A stretch of 63,575 bases of DNA, counting the filler, from Sphacelaria rigidula (taxonomy: Eukaryota), in NCBI GenBank assembly GCA_964200075.2. It is 10 parts of 10 records of this genome, joined end to end, with 100 filler letters (N's around TTAATTAATTAA, not from the genome) between each part and the next. Parts side by side here need not be neighbours in the genome. Positions count along the whole stretch, not along the records: positions 57,309 to 63,575 come from CAXNAA020021127.1; 9 more parts are not named here. One strand, 5' to 3'. Below are positions 63,061 through 63,575 of this stretch, piece after piece. A model generated the notes under the pieces. The model saw only the letters and a list, made by a program, of their open reading frames with translations. It had not been told where the DNA came from and made no database searches. The stretch's first letter is position 1, and every line of letters begins with the position of its first letter. The position numbers and the translations under genes were made by a program.

Positions 63061-63575
63061 CGGTCATACAGCGCCTGATGTTCGGGTTTAGGCTGCATGA
63101 AGCGCCGCATATTGGCGACATTGGCTAGAGCGAACCCAAGCGTGGGATCTCAGCTTCTCGTTATGCTCGGTTTTTCCCATTTCGATTCACGTAAAAATTT
63201 TGCCTCCCAAAACCATGCACTTTTGGGGGGGGGGACTATCGTAGAAAGTGTCTCCGCAACAACATGTAATGTACGTCGCACATGTACAAAAATACAAAGT
63301 CAATTGAATGTACATGTGTGAGACATGCCATATCGTGCACCAACACAACACTGCATAGTACTCATACGCAGACACCGGCCAGTATTGAGCAGGCCAAAAT
63401 CCTCGGTCACATGGCGAGAGAATACCTGTGCATCGCAAAGCAGTGCTGTCACCGTAGTTTCAGACGGGAACCAAATGACACTTAATTGATGTCATGATAC
63501 CCCCCCCCCCCTCCCCCCTCCTCTAGCCTGGTCCGGCGAGAACCCGGCGTGCTCCGTCCCGGCTTTGTAGGGGCG

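Overview
This is not one locus. It is ten unrelated eukaryotic contigs of 6268 or 6267 bp, length-sorted and joined by artificial N44-TTAATTAATTAA-N44 linkers: 1-6268, 6369-12636, 12737-19004, 19105-25372, 25473-31740, 31841-38107, 38208-44474, 44575-50841, 50942-57208 and 57309-63575. GT-AG introns, a plastid fibrillin gene and the repeat landscape suggest a brown alga (Phaeophyceae, possibly a kelp); this is inference, not a database result. Host gene fragments: a 4-exon PAP/fibrillin 3' part; a 2-exon ZU5-like/'FS' C-terminus; a 2-exon Ala-rich coiled-coil protein with a possible CUE-like motif; a 2.7-kb terminal exon; and a few weaker exons. The rest is mostly transposon-derived: a frameshifted Ty1/copia RT-RNase H with its 3' LTR; a protease-only LTR element; a tyrosine-recombinase (DIRS/Ngaro-like) relic; tRNA-derived SINEs; MITEs with piggyBac-like, Tourist-like and CAAGG/8-bp-TSD signatures; minisatellite-filled TIR elements; and a G-tract-anchored repeat. 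The most interesting lead is tentative: heavily decayed KDZ/Zisupton-like transposase motifs recur in up to five of the ten contigs and may be linked to CA(A/G)GG termini. All protein-family calls were made by eye. No CRISPR array or prokaryotic system is supported.
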